DNA of 64,000 bases from a virus. The stretch is from the IMG/VR virus record IMGVR_UViG_3300027749_000038, one strand, 5' to 3'. Position numbers and translations under genes: made by a program. The stretch's first letter is position 1. Every line of letters begins with the position of its first letter. The notes under the pieces were generated by a model, which had not been told where the DNA came from, did no database searches, and saw only the letters and a list, made by a program, of their open reading frames with translations. Below, piece by piece: positions 17,730 through 26,707 of the stretch.

Positions 17730-18005
17730 ATGAAGTTTAATGAAATTGCAAATCAAATTATAGCAGAAGCCGGGACAGATATCAATTCTGGAAATTGGGA
17801 TTTAGGTCCAGAACCCCGGAATTATTCTCCAAAATATACAAGACGTCAAGAACAAACTACCGGAGAAGGAGAAACTTGGGACATTACTGATTTAGAAACC
17901 AACAAGGTGGTTTATTCTTGTGGTTCCAAAGAAGACTGCTATGCTTGGTGTAAGAAACAACCTAAATCTAAAAACTTTTCCTTTCGTAAAGTTAAAAATT
18001 CTTAA
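17730..18005 (+). CDS. Hypothetical protein, possibly head-internal
   Basis: Starts MKFNEIANQIIAEA, like T4 internal-protein leaders. Confidence 0.5.
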   Translation: MKFNEIANQIIAEAGTDINSGNWDLGPEPRNYSPKYTRRQEQTTGEGETWDITDLETNKVVYSCGSKEDCYAWCKKQPKSKNFSFRKVKNS

Positions 18006-18013
18006 CAGTTGAT

Positions 18014-18042
18014 TTGATATTCCGTTAAACTTTCTGTATCAT
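18014..18042 (+). promoter_or_regulatory. Sigma70-like promoter
   Basis: TTGATA (18014-18019), N17, TATCAT (18037-18042), before ATG 18049. Confidence 0.6.
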
Positions 18043-18048
18043 ATTACT

Positions 18049-18633
18049 ATGGACAGAAAACATTTAGAACAAGAAGTTGTATTGATTCTCAACAAAAATT
18101 GGCAAGCTGTAGGAGTTAAAAATCCTCTAGAGGCTATATCCATGATGTATTGTGATGCAGCAACTGGATTACATGTTGAAGGAGATAACATGACCCCTCT
18201 GTCTTGGCAGGATTGGTTAGAACTTCCAGTTGGAGAAAATGATTATGTTTCTACAGTAACAGACAAAATTAAAATTCCCAAAATTATCATATTGGCCAAA
18301 TATAATCAGGTACCACACAAGAGACCTAGACTCACCGCGAAAAATATTTGGCAACGGGATAACGGTACTTGTCAATATACTGGTAAAAAATTAACGCCAA
18401 ATGAAGGTAATATAGATCATGTGCTTCCTCGTTCTAGAGGAGGTAGAACTTCTTGGTCTAATTGTGTATTATCTCACAAAGATATTAATTCTCTCAAAGG
18501 AGATAAAACACCTCAAGAAGCTGGTTTACGATTACTCAAACAACCACGAGAACCGATAGCCATGCCTACTATTGTATATATTAAAAATCATCACAATATA
18601 GAAGAATGGAACACATTTCTACTAAAAGAATAA
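18049..18633 (+). CDS. HNH endonuclease (McrA-like)
   Basis: LILNKNWQ, RDNGTCQYTG, IDHVLPRSRGGRTSWSNCV...N..KG. Confidence 0.88.
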   Translation: MDRKHLEQEVVLILNKNWQAVGVKNPLEAISMMYCDAATGLHVEGDNMTPLSWQDWLELPVGENDYVSTVTDKIKIPKIIILAKYNQVPHKRPRLTAKNIWQRDNGTCQYTGKKLTPNEGNIDHVLPRSRGGRTSWSNCVLSHKDINSLKGDKTPQEAGLRLLKQPREPIAMPTIVYIKNHHNIEEWNTFLLKE

Positions 18634-19049
18634 GTTGGGAAGAATATGCTTTGCGCATCGCTGAGGTGGCTTCTTTAAGATCTGAAGATTTGCGTAAAGT
18701 AGGCGCTTGTGCTTTAGACTATAGCAACCGAGTTATTGGAGTTGCATATAATGGTTTGGCTCCTGGTATTAACGTAGATTCTTCTTTTTGGAAAGATAGA
18801 GATAAAAGAAGACCTTTCATGATTCACGCTGAAGCTAATCTTTTATCGTTGTTTGAACGTAATAAATGTAAGCTCCTCGCTTGTACGTTACTTCCCTGTT
18901 CTAGTTGTGCTACTTTAATAGCCGCACACGGAATTAAAACCGTAGTTTATAAAGAATTATATAATAGAGATCAGGCAGCTTTAGATATTTTTAAATTCTA
19001 CAACATAGAATGTCTAAATATATCTAACTATGAAAGAAAAGATTTTTAA
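18606..19049 (+). CDS. dCMP deaminase
   Basis: KVGA, YNG, HAEANLL and PCSSC zinc-deaminase motifs. Confidence 0.88.
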   Translation: MEHISTKRISWEEYALRIAEVASLRSEDLRKVGACALDYSNRVIGVAYNGLAPGINVDSSFWKDRDKRRPFMIHAEANLLSLFERNKCKLLACTLLPCSSCATLIAAHGIKTVVYKELYNRDQAALDIFKFYNIECLNISNYERKDF

Positions 19050-20064
19050 ATACGGCTGTATTCCTCAACCAGAAGATCCAAGAGATCTTAGATATGTTAA
19101 AACATCTGCCTCTTTAAATTTTGATTCTATAGATCTTAGGCCAAATTGTTCTGATATAAAAGATCAAGGAAATCTAGGAGCTTGTTCGGCTTTTGGATCT
19201 ACAGAATTATTTAATTTTGTTCGCAACAAAAATAAATTAGTTTCTTGGAATCCATCTCCTTTATTTACATATTATTCTACGAGAAAACTTACCAATCAAG
19301 AAGCAACAGATTCTGGAGCGTGTGTAAGAGATGCATTAAAATCTACTGTGAAGGATGGAGTTGCTATGGAAAGAATATGGCCATATGACATTTCTAAATT
19401 TGCAGAAAACCCTCCTCAAGATGTCTGGGATAATGCTGAAAAACATCAGACCTTACAATATCTTAGCATAGACAGCACAGATAAAAATGCTATTTTAAAT
19501 TGTTTAAATGAAGGATATCCCTTTATTTTTGGTATTAAACTTTATCAATCTTTTAATTCTATTTCTGTACTTTTTGGTGGTCGTGTACCAGAACCTAATA
19601 GAAATACCGAAAAATTATTAGGTGGCCACTGTATGATGGCTGTAGGTTATTTAAAAAATCTAGACGGTTCTGAATCAATAATTGTTCAAAATTCTTGGGG
19701 TAAAGATTGGGGTGATCAAGGATTTTGTTATATTCCAATGAATTATTTTATGTCCAATGATACATTTGATTTTTGGACCATTAGATCCACGGAGTCTTGT
19801 GATACAGATACTCCCGACCCAACTCCAGAGCCAATAGTACCGCCGGCTCCGACTCCAATTCCTGAACCCGAGCCAATAGTGCCTCCAACCCCAACTCCGG
19901 CACCAATAGTGCCTCCAAAACCTACTCCAGAGCCAATTCCGACCCCGGAACCAATTGTGCCTCCGATTCCTGCTCCGGAAGAAACTATAAGCATCTGGAA
20001 AAAACCAGTTACTTATTTTATCATATTTTTTGTTATAGCTTCTTTATTGTTCTTATTTTTGTAA
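19030..20064 (+). CDS. Papain-family (C1) cysteine peptidase with Pro-rich linker and C-terminal TM anchor
   Basis: DQGNLGACSAF (Gln/Cys), GGHCMMAVGY (His), QNSWG (Asn); terminal YFIIFFVIASLLFLFL. Confidence 0.88.
   Translation: MKEKIFKYGCIPQPEDPRDLRYVKTSASLNFDSIDLRPNCSDIKDQGNLGACSAFGSTELFNFVRNKNKLVSWNPSPLFTYYSTRKLTNQEATDSGACVRDALKSTVKDGVAMERIWPYDISKFAENPPQDVWDNAEKHQTLQYLSIDSTDKNAILNCLNEGYPFIFGIKLYQSFNSISVLFGGRVPEPNRNTEKLLGGHCMMAVGYLKNLDGSESIIVQNSWGKDWGDQGFCYIPMNYFMSNDTFDFWTIRSTESCDTDTPDPTPEPIVPPAPTPIPEPEPIVPPTPTPAPIVPPKPTPEPIPTPEPIVPPIPAPEETISIWKKPVTYFIIFFVIASLLFLFL
19813..19977 (+). repeat. Pro/Thr/Glu-rich repeat linker (PTPEPIVPP units)
   Basis: Read directly in the translation and as imperfect DNA repeats (gagccaatagt). 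Confidence 0.85.
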
Positions 20065-20106
20065 TAAGTTTTGTATCTTGAATTATAAATTTATAAGTAT
20101 AAAACT

Positions 20107-20538
20107 ATGCAAACCAATCAAAAAAAAGAATTAAATAATTTTGATAGTGAAGGATATGTTAAACACAATCCTTTTGGTCTGGATCATTTTGGTGCAATGG
20201 CTGAAAAATTTGCTAGATTTTTCGGTACACCAAAATTTTTAATAGGACAGTCTATATTTGTTGTTATATGGATTACCTATAATTGTTTTCAAAATTTAAC
20301 TTTTGATCCATATCCATTTATTCTTTTAAATTTAGCATTTAGTACTCAAGCGGCTTATGCTGCGCCTTTAATTTTATTAGCTCAAACCAGACAAGCCGAT
20401 AGAGATAAAGTTTGGGAAAAATCTGATGCAGAACATCGAGAATTGTTACATAAAGATTCCTCTAGAACAAATAAAGAAATACTTTTGCGTTTAGAAAAAA
20501 TAGAAGAACTTATTTTTTCTTTGAAACAAAAGAAATAA
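20107..20538 (+). CDS. DUF1003-family membrane protein
   Basis: FDPYPFILLNL...QAAYAAPLILLAQTRQ signature. Confidence 0.8.
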   Translation: MQTNQKKELNNFDSEGYVKHNPFGLDHFGAMAEKFARFFGTPKFLIGQSIFVVIWITYNCFQNLTFDPYPFILLNLAFSTQAAYAAPLILLAQTRQADRDKVWEKSDAEHRELLHKDSSRTNKEILLRLEKIEELIFSLKQKK

Positions 20539-21229
20539 AATTTTCCACTGAAAGTTTTTTGTCTTGTATGTTGATTAAATGCTGGGATAGTTTGTCCAAG
20601 AGACCTTCATTTCTCAGTTTCTTAAAGACTAAATTGTCTACACCAAACTCACCGTCTTTTATTAAACCTTCCTTACGATCTTGTGAAATTTTCTTTTTAA
20701 TTTTATTCAAAAATTCTAAATTAGTATTTTTGCTAATATTATGGAGTATGAGATCCTGATATTCTTTAAATTTTTTGTGGAATAATTCTTCATCTACATT
20801 TATAGATTCTTCATCAATTAGTACTGGATGCAAAATCCATTTATTATCTAAAATACTATACACCCCAGTTGAAGTGTGTGTTTCTTCTGTATTCTGAATA
20901 TAAACTTCAACCTCTCTGCCTAAAATCTTTATGTCGTGTTCATTATTCCATAAAGATTTTTTAGCCAGTACATAATCTCTGGTTAATTCTTCTTCACATT
21001 TAACCTTACTAAACGGTACTAGAATATGTAAATCTATATCACTAGAGGAAGTATAGTTGTAATTTGCAGAAGATCCAGTTAATGTAATGTCTTCTGGTTC
21101 TTGGTCTATTTTAATAGTGTCATAAAAAGTTGCTGCTATTTCCAATAACTTTTCTTGAATCTCTGGTTTCAATACATCATTATCATCCCACAAATCTGGA
21201 TTTAATTTGTAATGAATTTGTGGCCTCAT
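20510..21229 (-). CDS. Pol-beta superfamily nucleotidyltransferase
   Basis: TLTGSSANYNYTSSSDIDLHI (GS...DxD) and VEVYIQ. Confidence 0.75.
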   Translation of the reverse strand: MRPQIHYKLNPDLWDDNDVLKPEIQEKLLEIAATFYDTIKIDQEPEDITLTGSSANYNYTSSSDIDLHILVPFSKVKCEEELTRDYVLAKKSLWNNEHDIKILGREVEVYIQNTEETHTSTGVYSILDNKWILHPVLIDEESINVDEELFHKKFKEYQDLILHNISKNTNLEFLNKIKKKISQDRKEGLIKDGEFGVDNLVFKKLRNEGLLDKLSQHLINIQDKKLSVENFISFVSKKK

Positions 21230-22287
21230 AATTCCATTCCTTCAAATTCTGATAAATTAACCTGTGTGTCTCTAGCTCCGATCTTATAAGAGGAGATCTC
21301 AGTTTCTTGAGGAGCAACTTGAACCTTTTCTGAGTTCATAAATTGATCATACCAAGCTCCAAGAGGATTCTTTTTGATATCAAAGATTTTATTATAACCT
21401 AAAGAAGCTAAGCGATTATTGGCCAACCATTCCACATAGCCTTTGAGGATGTCTGAATTTAATCCCATCAATCCACCTTGACTAAAGAGATAATCTGCCC
21501 ATCGTTTTTCTTGTTCCACTGCCAAACCATAGACATCATATATCTTTTGGGTATTTTCCTTTACAATGTCTTGAAATCCTTCTGAAGGTTCTGTTTTAAG
21601 ATAGTGTAAGATGTTCTGAGAAACTGCTACATGAAGATTTTCATCTCTTGCAATAAATTTGATAATTTTTCCATTACCTTCCATCTTACCTCTTGCTGCA
21701 AAAAAGAAACTGCATACAAAAGAAGTATAAAAAGAAAGACCCTCTGTAATTTGGGTTGCTAATAAAGCATCAAATATTTTATTTTTAATATTTTTAGGTT
21801 CACCAAAGAAATTATCATATTCTTTTTTAATCTCATTGGCTCTGTGAACTACTTCTGTATCTTCTAAAATAGAATTCCAAAATAAAGATTCATCTGTATA
21901 AACGTTTTTGAGAATATGAGAATAGGAGCGACTATGAATATTGGATTCAAAAAATGCCCATACATTCATACAAGCTTCTAATTCTGGATTACTAACATAG
22001 CTTCCCATTTTAAGAAGACTTCTACTCAACATAGAATCGGTCATGGTTTGCCATTTCAAATTTGTATCAAATACAAATTTTTCTGATTCGGTGAGATCAT
22101 TATAGTCATTACGATCTTTAACCAAACTTACTTCATTGGCTCTCCAAAAATACTCTTCCATTCTTTCTGCGAGCTCAAATAATTTTGGATACTTGAGCTG
22201 GTCATATCGTTGAAGGGCTAGGGGTTCTCCGAGAAACAATGGTTGTAGGCGTGTATCAATGTTTTTAGTGTTTAAGACGGTAGACAT
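21226..22287 (-). CDS. nrdB: Class Ia ribonucleotide reductase beta subunit
   Basis: FWRANE, QTMTDS, FESNIHSRSY, EGLSFY, IARDENLH, VAPQE di-iron motifs. Confidence 0.95.
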   Translation of the reverse strand: MSTVLNTKNIDTRLQPLFLGEPLALQRYDQLKYPKLFELAERMEEYFWRANEVSLVKDRNDYNDLTESEKFVFDTNLKWQTMTDSMLSRSLLKMGSYVSNPELEACMNVWAFFESNIHSRSYSHILKNVYTDESLFWNSILEDTEVVHRANEIKKEYDNFFGEPKNIKNKIFDALLATQITEGLSFYTSFVCSFFFAARGKMEGNGKIIKFIARDENLHVAVSQNILHYLKTEPSEGFQDIVKENTQKIYDVYGLAVEQEKRWADYLFSQGGLMGLNSDILKGYVEWLANNRLASLGYNKIFDIKKNPLGAWYDQFMNSEKVQVAPQETEISSYKIGARDTQVNLSEFEGMEL

Positions 22288-22326
22288 ATTTATACTTAGT
22301 TTAATTTATAACTATAAAATTTCAAA

Positions 22327-23382
22327 TTAGATTGTGCAACTTCCACCAACACAGCCACTTCCTTCGTCTGTAGCAGATTGTTTATCTCCGTCATAGGTAT
22401 TGCTGTAATAAAGAGTTTTTACACCCATACTATAAGCATATAACAATTCTTTAAGAATTACCGAATCCGGCAATGCCTTATTTGGATAATGATCATAATT
22501 GTAATACAGATTTGCTGAGATAGCCATATCTGTCCATTTTTGAATTGCTGCTACTATATTGATATAACCAGTGTTATCTGGCATATCAAATTGTAATGTA
22601 TACTTGTTTTTATATGTGGAATAATTTGGAACCAACAAAGGCACTGAATTAGCTTTAGAACCTTTATAGGTAAGCAAAGACCTAGGAGGTTCAATACCGT
22701 TGGTAGAATTTTGAATAACAGAACTAGATTCACACGGCATCATGGCGGTCAATGTAGAATGTCTCATACCATGAGCCAACACTTTCTGTCTTAATTCTTC
22801 CCAATCTAAAGAAGGTTTGCGGGTTACTACTTGATCTACTTTCTTTTTATAGGTGTCTATAGGCAAGATACCTTGAGAATATTTGGTGGTATTAAATTTT
22901 TCACACGGTCCCTTTTCTTTGGCTAGCTCTATAGAAGAGGAAATAAGGTGGTATTGTATTTTTTCCATCAAAGTATCTACAAAGTTAGGAGCCTCTGTAT
23001 CCATATACTTGAGATTATTCTTAGCTAAGAGAGCTGCTAAATTAGTAATTCCTACACCGAGACTTCTACGTTTTCTTGTAAAATTCTCTGCTGCTTTGGT
23101 GAAGTATTCTTGATAATCAATAATTTCATCTAGCATGCGTACAATTGTATCACAGGTATCTATTAAATCTTGATCATCTTTAATTTCTAACACATTAATA
23201 GCAGAAAGAACACAAATACCAATTTCCCCTTCTGGATCATCTATATGTTGAATTGGTTTGGTGGGATGAGTAACTTCAACACAATTGTGTACCAATATCT
23301 TATTGGCGTAAAAATTGCGGTTGTCTTTTACACTGATATCATATACTGCTTCTCGGTTTAACACTTTTTTAATTTTAATCAT
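22327..23382 (-). CDS. nrdA: Split-intein C-fragment (33 aa) fused to the NrdA C-terminal half
   Basis: MIKIKK...VYDISV...FYANKILVHN|CVEV; then ICVLSAIN, LGVGITNLA, MPCESSS, NGIEPP, KTLYY, C-terminal CxxxxC. Confidence 0.93.
   Translation of the reverse strand: MIKIKKVLNREAVYDISVKDNRNFYANKILVHNCVEVTHPTKPIQHIDDPEGEIGICVLSAINVLEIKDDQDLIDTCDTIVRMLDEIIDYQEYFTKAAENFTRKRRSLGVGITNLAALLAKNNLKYMDTEAPNFVDTLMEKIQYHLISSSIELAKEKGPCEKFNTTKYSQGILPIDTYKKKVDQVVTRKPSLDWEELRQKVLAHGMRHSTLTAMMPCESSSVIQNSTNGIEPPRSLLTYKGSKANSVPLLVPNYSTYKNKYTLQFDMPDNTGYINIVAAIQKWTDMAISANLYYNYDHYPNKALPDSVILKELLYAYSMGVKTLYYSNTYDGDKQSATDEGSGCVGGSCTI
23284..23382 (-). mobile_element. Split intein IntC
   Basis: Block F VYDISV and block G LVHN followed by +1 Cys. 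Confidence 0.9.
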
Positions 23383-23394
23383 AATTCTTGTTTT

Positions 23395-25044
23395 TTAAAT
23401 TAAATTTAAAACATCTGACTCCAACAATTCACTAGCCTTAACATAACCTCGGTTGTTAGTGTAAATTAAATGTTCCGGTGTGCAACGAATGGTTTGATTA
23501 GTTTCTGTATCTGTAATTTCAACCAATTCTGCTTCGGGATGAGTCATTGTAGCTCCGGTGAGCAATTTAAATTCATTTTCTTGCGTATCTAGATTCTTGG
23601 ACCAAACGTACATTTCTTCTAAATCCTCTTTAGAATTATATAATTCTGTTATTTGTTCTAATGTTAAAACTGATGACATGAAATTGTTATCTTCTTTGTT
23701 TTTGATAAGACACAAAACTTCCGTGTCACCTGTAAGACACAGATTTGTCATTGAAACTCTTTCTAAGAAAGATCCGTGTTCATTACAATGATCCATATTC
23801 ATCACGTAATATCTTCCAGTCTCTGTTCTTTCTTTAGTAAATTGAGACAATAGAGCAGAAGCTTTGACCTTCCTTTTATACTTTATCGATTTATCTGCTT
23901 CACATTTTATATATAATTCATCAAACTGCGGAAGACCAAAAGATTCGGTCAATTCTGGAACTTCATGTGGAGAAAATAATGTTATAGTTTCATTTTTCAT
24001 GAAGCGCTCATAAAACAATTTTGAAAATTGAATTACATAATCTACTTTTCTAACTCGATTATCTTCAGTACCACCGTTATTTTTTAAAGAGAGAATATCT
24101 TCAATTTCATAATGCCAGATTGGAAAGTTAACCGTAGCTCCCCCTCCTCTGATACCATTTTGTTGACAAGACTTGACGGTGGCTTCAAATACTTTAAGAA
24201 AAGGAATAATTCCGGTATGAATAACACTACCTCCTTTGATCTCTGTGCCAATTCCTCTAATACGACCAAAATTCAATCCGATTCCGTATCTTTGAGTAGT
24301 AGCAAAACCAGCAGCAGTATTGGAACTAAAAATAGATTCCTTAGTGTCACCCACATCAATGAGACAACAAGACGCGTATTGTTTAAGAAGACCTCTAAGG
24401 CCAGCCATTTGCGGGGTAGGTAAATTGATTTTAAATTTACTGAATTTGTCGTATGCTCTTTTGACATAATTTAAACGGGTATTTTGAGAATAATTAATAT
24501 GGCTTACCATGGCTGCAAGCATATAAGCAAATTGAGGAGTCTCGAATATCTCCTTGTTCTTTCTATTTTGAATGAGATATTTGTCACACAATTGCTTTAA
24601 TCCAGAATAGGTAAAGTTGTAATCTCTGTCGTGATTAATTTTGTCATCTAATTTGTCTATCTCTGCTTTAGAATATTTTTCTAAAATTTCTGGATGATAT
24701 AGATTTTTATCTGTATTGTTTTTAATAAAATCATAAAGTCGTGGAGGATTTTTTCCACCCCATACATCTTTACGTATTTGATAATTCAATAATCTAGAGG
24801 CAACCCATTGATAATTAGGATTCTCTTCATTAAACAAATTAATAGAAGCGTCTATCAGTACCTTGTGAATTTCCTTAGTAGTAATGCCATCCGCTAAATT
24901 TAATTTAGTATTAATAGCTATGTCCGAAACACTAACTCCGGTTATATTTTGGGATCCCCATTTTATTACTTTGTATATGTTTTCTACATTAAATGGAACC
25001 CGTGTTCCGTCCCGTTTTGTAACGTGAAGAATTTTTTCACTCAT
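23395..25044 (-). CDS. nrdA: NrdA N-terminal half (ATP cone) fused to a split-intein N-fragment (114 aa)
   Basis: VTKRDG ATP cone, ETPQF, LPTP, ASCCL, QNGIRGG; ends SMTNL|CLTGDT...CTPEH...VKASEL*. Confidence 0.93.
   Translation of the reverse strand: MSEKILHVTKRDGTRVPFNVENIYKVIKWGSQNITGVSVSDIAINTKLNLADGITTKEIHKVLIDASINLFNEENPNYQWVASRLLNYQIRKDVWGGKNPPRLYDFIKNNTDKNLYHPEILEKYSKAEIDKLDDKINHDRDYNFTYSGLKQLCDKYLIQNRKNKEIFETPQFAYMLAAMVSHINYSQNTRLNYVKRAYDKFSKFKINLPTPQMAGLRGLLKQYASCCLIDVGDTKESIFSSNTAAGFATTQRYGIGLNFGRIRGIGTEIKGGSVIHTGIIPFLKVFEATVKSCQQNGIRGGGATVNFPIWHYEIEDILSLKNNGGTEDNRVRKVDYVIQFSKLFYERFMKNETITLFSPHEVPELTESFGLPQFDELYIKCEADKSIKYKRKVKASALLSQFTKERTETGRYYVMNMDHCNEHGSFLERVSMTNLCLTGDTEVLCLIKNKEDNNFMSSVLTLEQITELYNSKEDLEEMYVWSKNLDTQENEFKLLTGATMTHPEAELVEITDTETNQTIRCTPEHLIYTNNRGYVKASELLESDVLNLI
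23398..23739 (-). mobile_element. Split intein IntN
   Basis: Block A CLTGDT, block B CTPEHLIYT; no endonuclease domain. Confidence 0.9.
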
Positions 25045-25061
25045 AAAAGATTGTTGTCTAT

Positions 25062-25448
25062 TTATACTCTCAAATCACTCATATTGCTATTTGTTTTTGC
25101 GTCTAGCAATTTAATTTTTAAACGCTCTTTGTTTGTTTCGGATTGATATATTTTATCAGCTATTTTTTTAAGAAATGTTGCGGCCTGGAGGGTTGTGCAT
25201 GTATTAATTAGACGAGATTCTGCATATAACACAGAAGTTTCATTCCAGGTTGGATGTAAATAATGTATTAGTTCATGCATTGTTGTGGGGATAATATCCC
25301 TACGATAATCCAATTCTATATCAGTCATGTAACAGAGACCTACAGTACTATGCATTTTTCTTAAATTAAAAAATTCTGCTGGTTTAGAATCAACCAAATC
25401 AACCAAATCAACAAAGAGTTTTTGTACTTCTTCATTGTTTAATTTCAT
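25062..25448 (-). CDS. Small HExxH zincin-like protein
   Basis: TTMHELIHYLHP...E; VGLC strand upstream. Confidence 0.5.
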   Translation of the reverse strand: MKLNNEEVQKLFVDLVDLVDSKPAEFFNLRKMHSTVGLCYMTDIELDYRRDIIPTTMHELIHYLHPTWNETSVLYAESRLINTCTTLQAATFLKKIADKIYQSETNKERLKIKLLDAKTNSNMSDLRV

Positions 25449-25778
25449 TTATTTGGATTTTTGTTTTTTATCACTAGCTACCTTAGCCAGCTCTTTCAAT
25501 TTATCTTGAACAATTAAAAATCTTTTTTCTGCTTGTTCTAGTGTATTACAAGTCCAACCCCTATCACCCCACTGAGAAGAACTGGGATACAATTCTCCAG
25601 CCTCTATCAAATTTCCGTTAATTGTTATTCCATCGTGTCTGGTAATAATGACCACTTCAAAGTGTGCTGTAGCATTTGTACCGACCTGTTTTCTCCTGTA
25701 TATAGCTAAATCTCCCTCTCGTTTAAGAAGAGTGTGGCGAAATTCTTTTTTGACAAATTTTTCAGCTAGTTTTTTCAT
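25449..25778 (-). CDS. Hypothetical protein
   Basis: 109-aa ORF; upstream minus-strand TTGATA-N17-GATAAT at 25813-25785. Confidence 0.6.
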   Translation of the reverse strand: MKKLAEKFVKKEFRHTLLKREGDLAIYRRKQVGTNATAHFEVVIITRHDGITINGNLIEAGELYPSSSQWGDRGWTCNTLEQAEKRFLIVQDKLKELAKVASDKKQKSK

Positions 25779-25859
25779 AAAACAATTATCTGCGATTTTT
25801 AAAAAAATATCAAGAAAAAAAAGTGATTGTTTTTTTGTTTGAAGATATTATATGTTATA

Positions 25860-26657
25860 ATGAATTTACAAACAATAGCAGACCTTGAATCAGCTTTCAA
25901 GGATGTTACCTTTTTTGATAAGGGACATTCTTATAAGATAGGGGATGAGGAAGGAACTTCGGTTTCAAGGATTATCAAAAAATACGAACCATATTTTGAT
26001 GCAGATAAATTAGCTAATATTGTTGCAAAAAGACAAGGGGTCTTGGTAGAAGATGTTAGGCATCTTTGGGATTTTAAAAGAGAGTATGCTTGTGAAAAGG
26101 GTACAATGGTACATAATTATATTGAAAATTATATCTTTCGTAAGAGAACTTTATTAAACAAAGAAAATATAAAAACCTTTATTAAAAGATATCCAGAGAA
26201 TGTAACAGAAGAAACCTTCTACAATGATGTAGCTTGTCATATTAAAAATTTCTTGGAATTCTATAAGTGGTGGAGTGAAGATCATATCTTAGTAAAATCA
26301 GAATATGTCATGGGAGATAAACCATCCCGCATTTGTGGTACCCTAGATAATCTCTCTTACAATTTTAAAGAAAAATGTTTTGTAATTTTTGATTATAAAA
26401 CTAATAAATTATTAACAGAAAAAAAGTCTTCTGATAGTATGTTGGGAATATTGAAACATTTGCAAAGTTCTCACATAGTAAAATATAGTTTACAATTACA
26501 TCTTTATTCTCTTCTAATAGAACGTAATACAGGATTAAAAATAAATAACTGTAACATAGTTTGGATTGGTGGTTCAAATTATGAACTAATTCCTACAATA
26601 GACTTAAGAGTAGAAGCTGAAAGCATAATTAATAACCATACTATAGGAATAAATTGA
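25860..26657 (+). CDS. PD-(D/E)xK exonuclease (Cas4/RecB-like family)
   Basis: GTMVHNYIE, ICGTLD, IFDYKT, YSLQLHLY. Confidence 0.8.
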   Translation: MNLQTIADLESAFKDVTFFDKGHSYKIGDEEGTSVSRIIKKYEPYFDADKLANIVAKRQGVLVEDVRHLWDFKREYACEKGTMVHNYIENYIFRKRTLLNKENIKTFIKRYPENVTEETFYNDVACHIKNFLEFYKWWSEDHILVKSEYVMGDKPSRICGTLDNLSYNFKEKCFVIFDYKTNKLLTEKKSSDSMLGILKHLQSSHIVKYSLQLHLYSLLIERNTGLKINNCNIVWIGGSNYELIPTIDLRVEAESIINNHTIGIN

Positions 26658-26707
26658 CCTAGTTTTTGTCCAACACTTGGATAAGTAATCTTACAACTAA
26701 AAAATAT

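Noticed and set aside
19743-19994. Gly-rich antisense ORF
   Set aside because: Mirror of the Pro-rich linker.
23383-23397. Genome-wide stop-codon reassignment to explain the in-frame nrdA stop
   Set aside because: TAA ends many clearly complete genes here (thyX, folE2, sheath) and other genes are intact under the standard code.
25860-26657. Cas4-like nuclease as part of a CRISPR system
   Set aside because: No array or other cas genes; solo PD-(D/E)xK exonucleases are routine in large phages.
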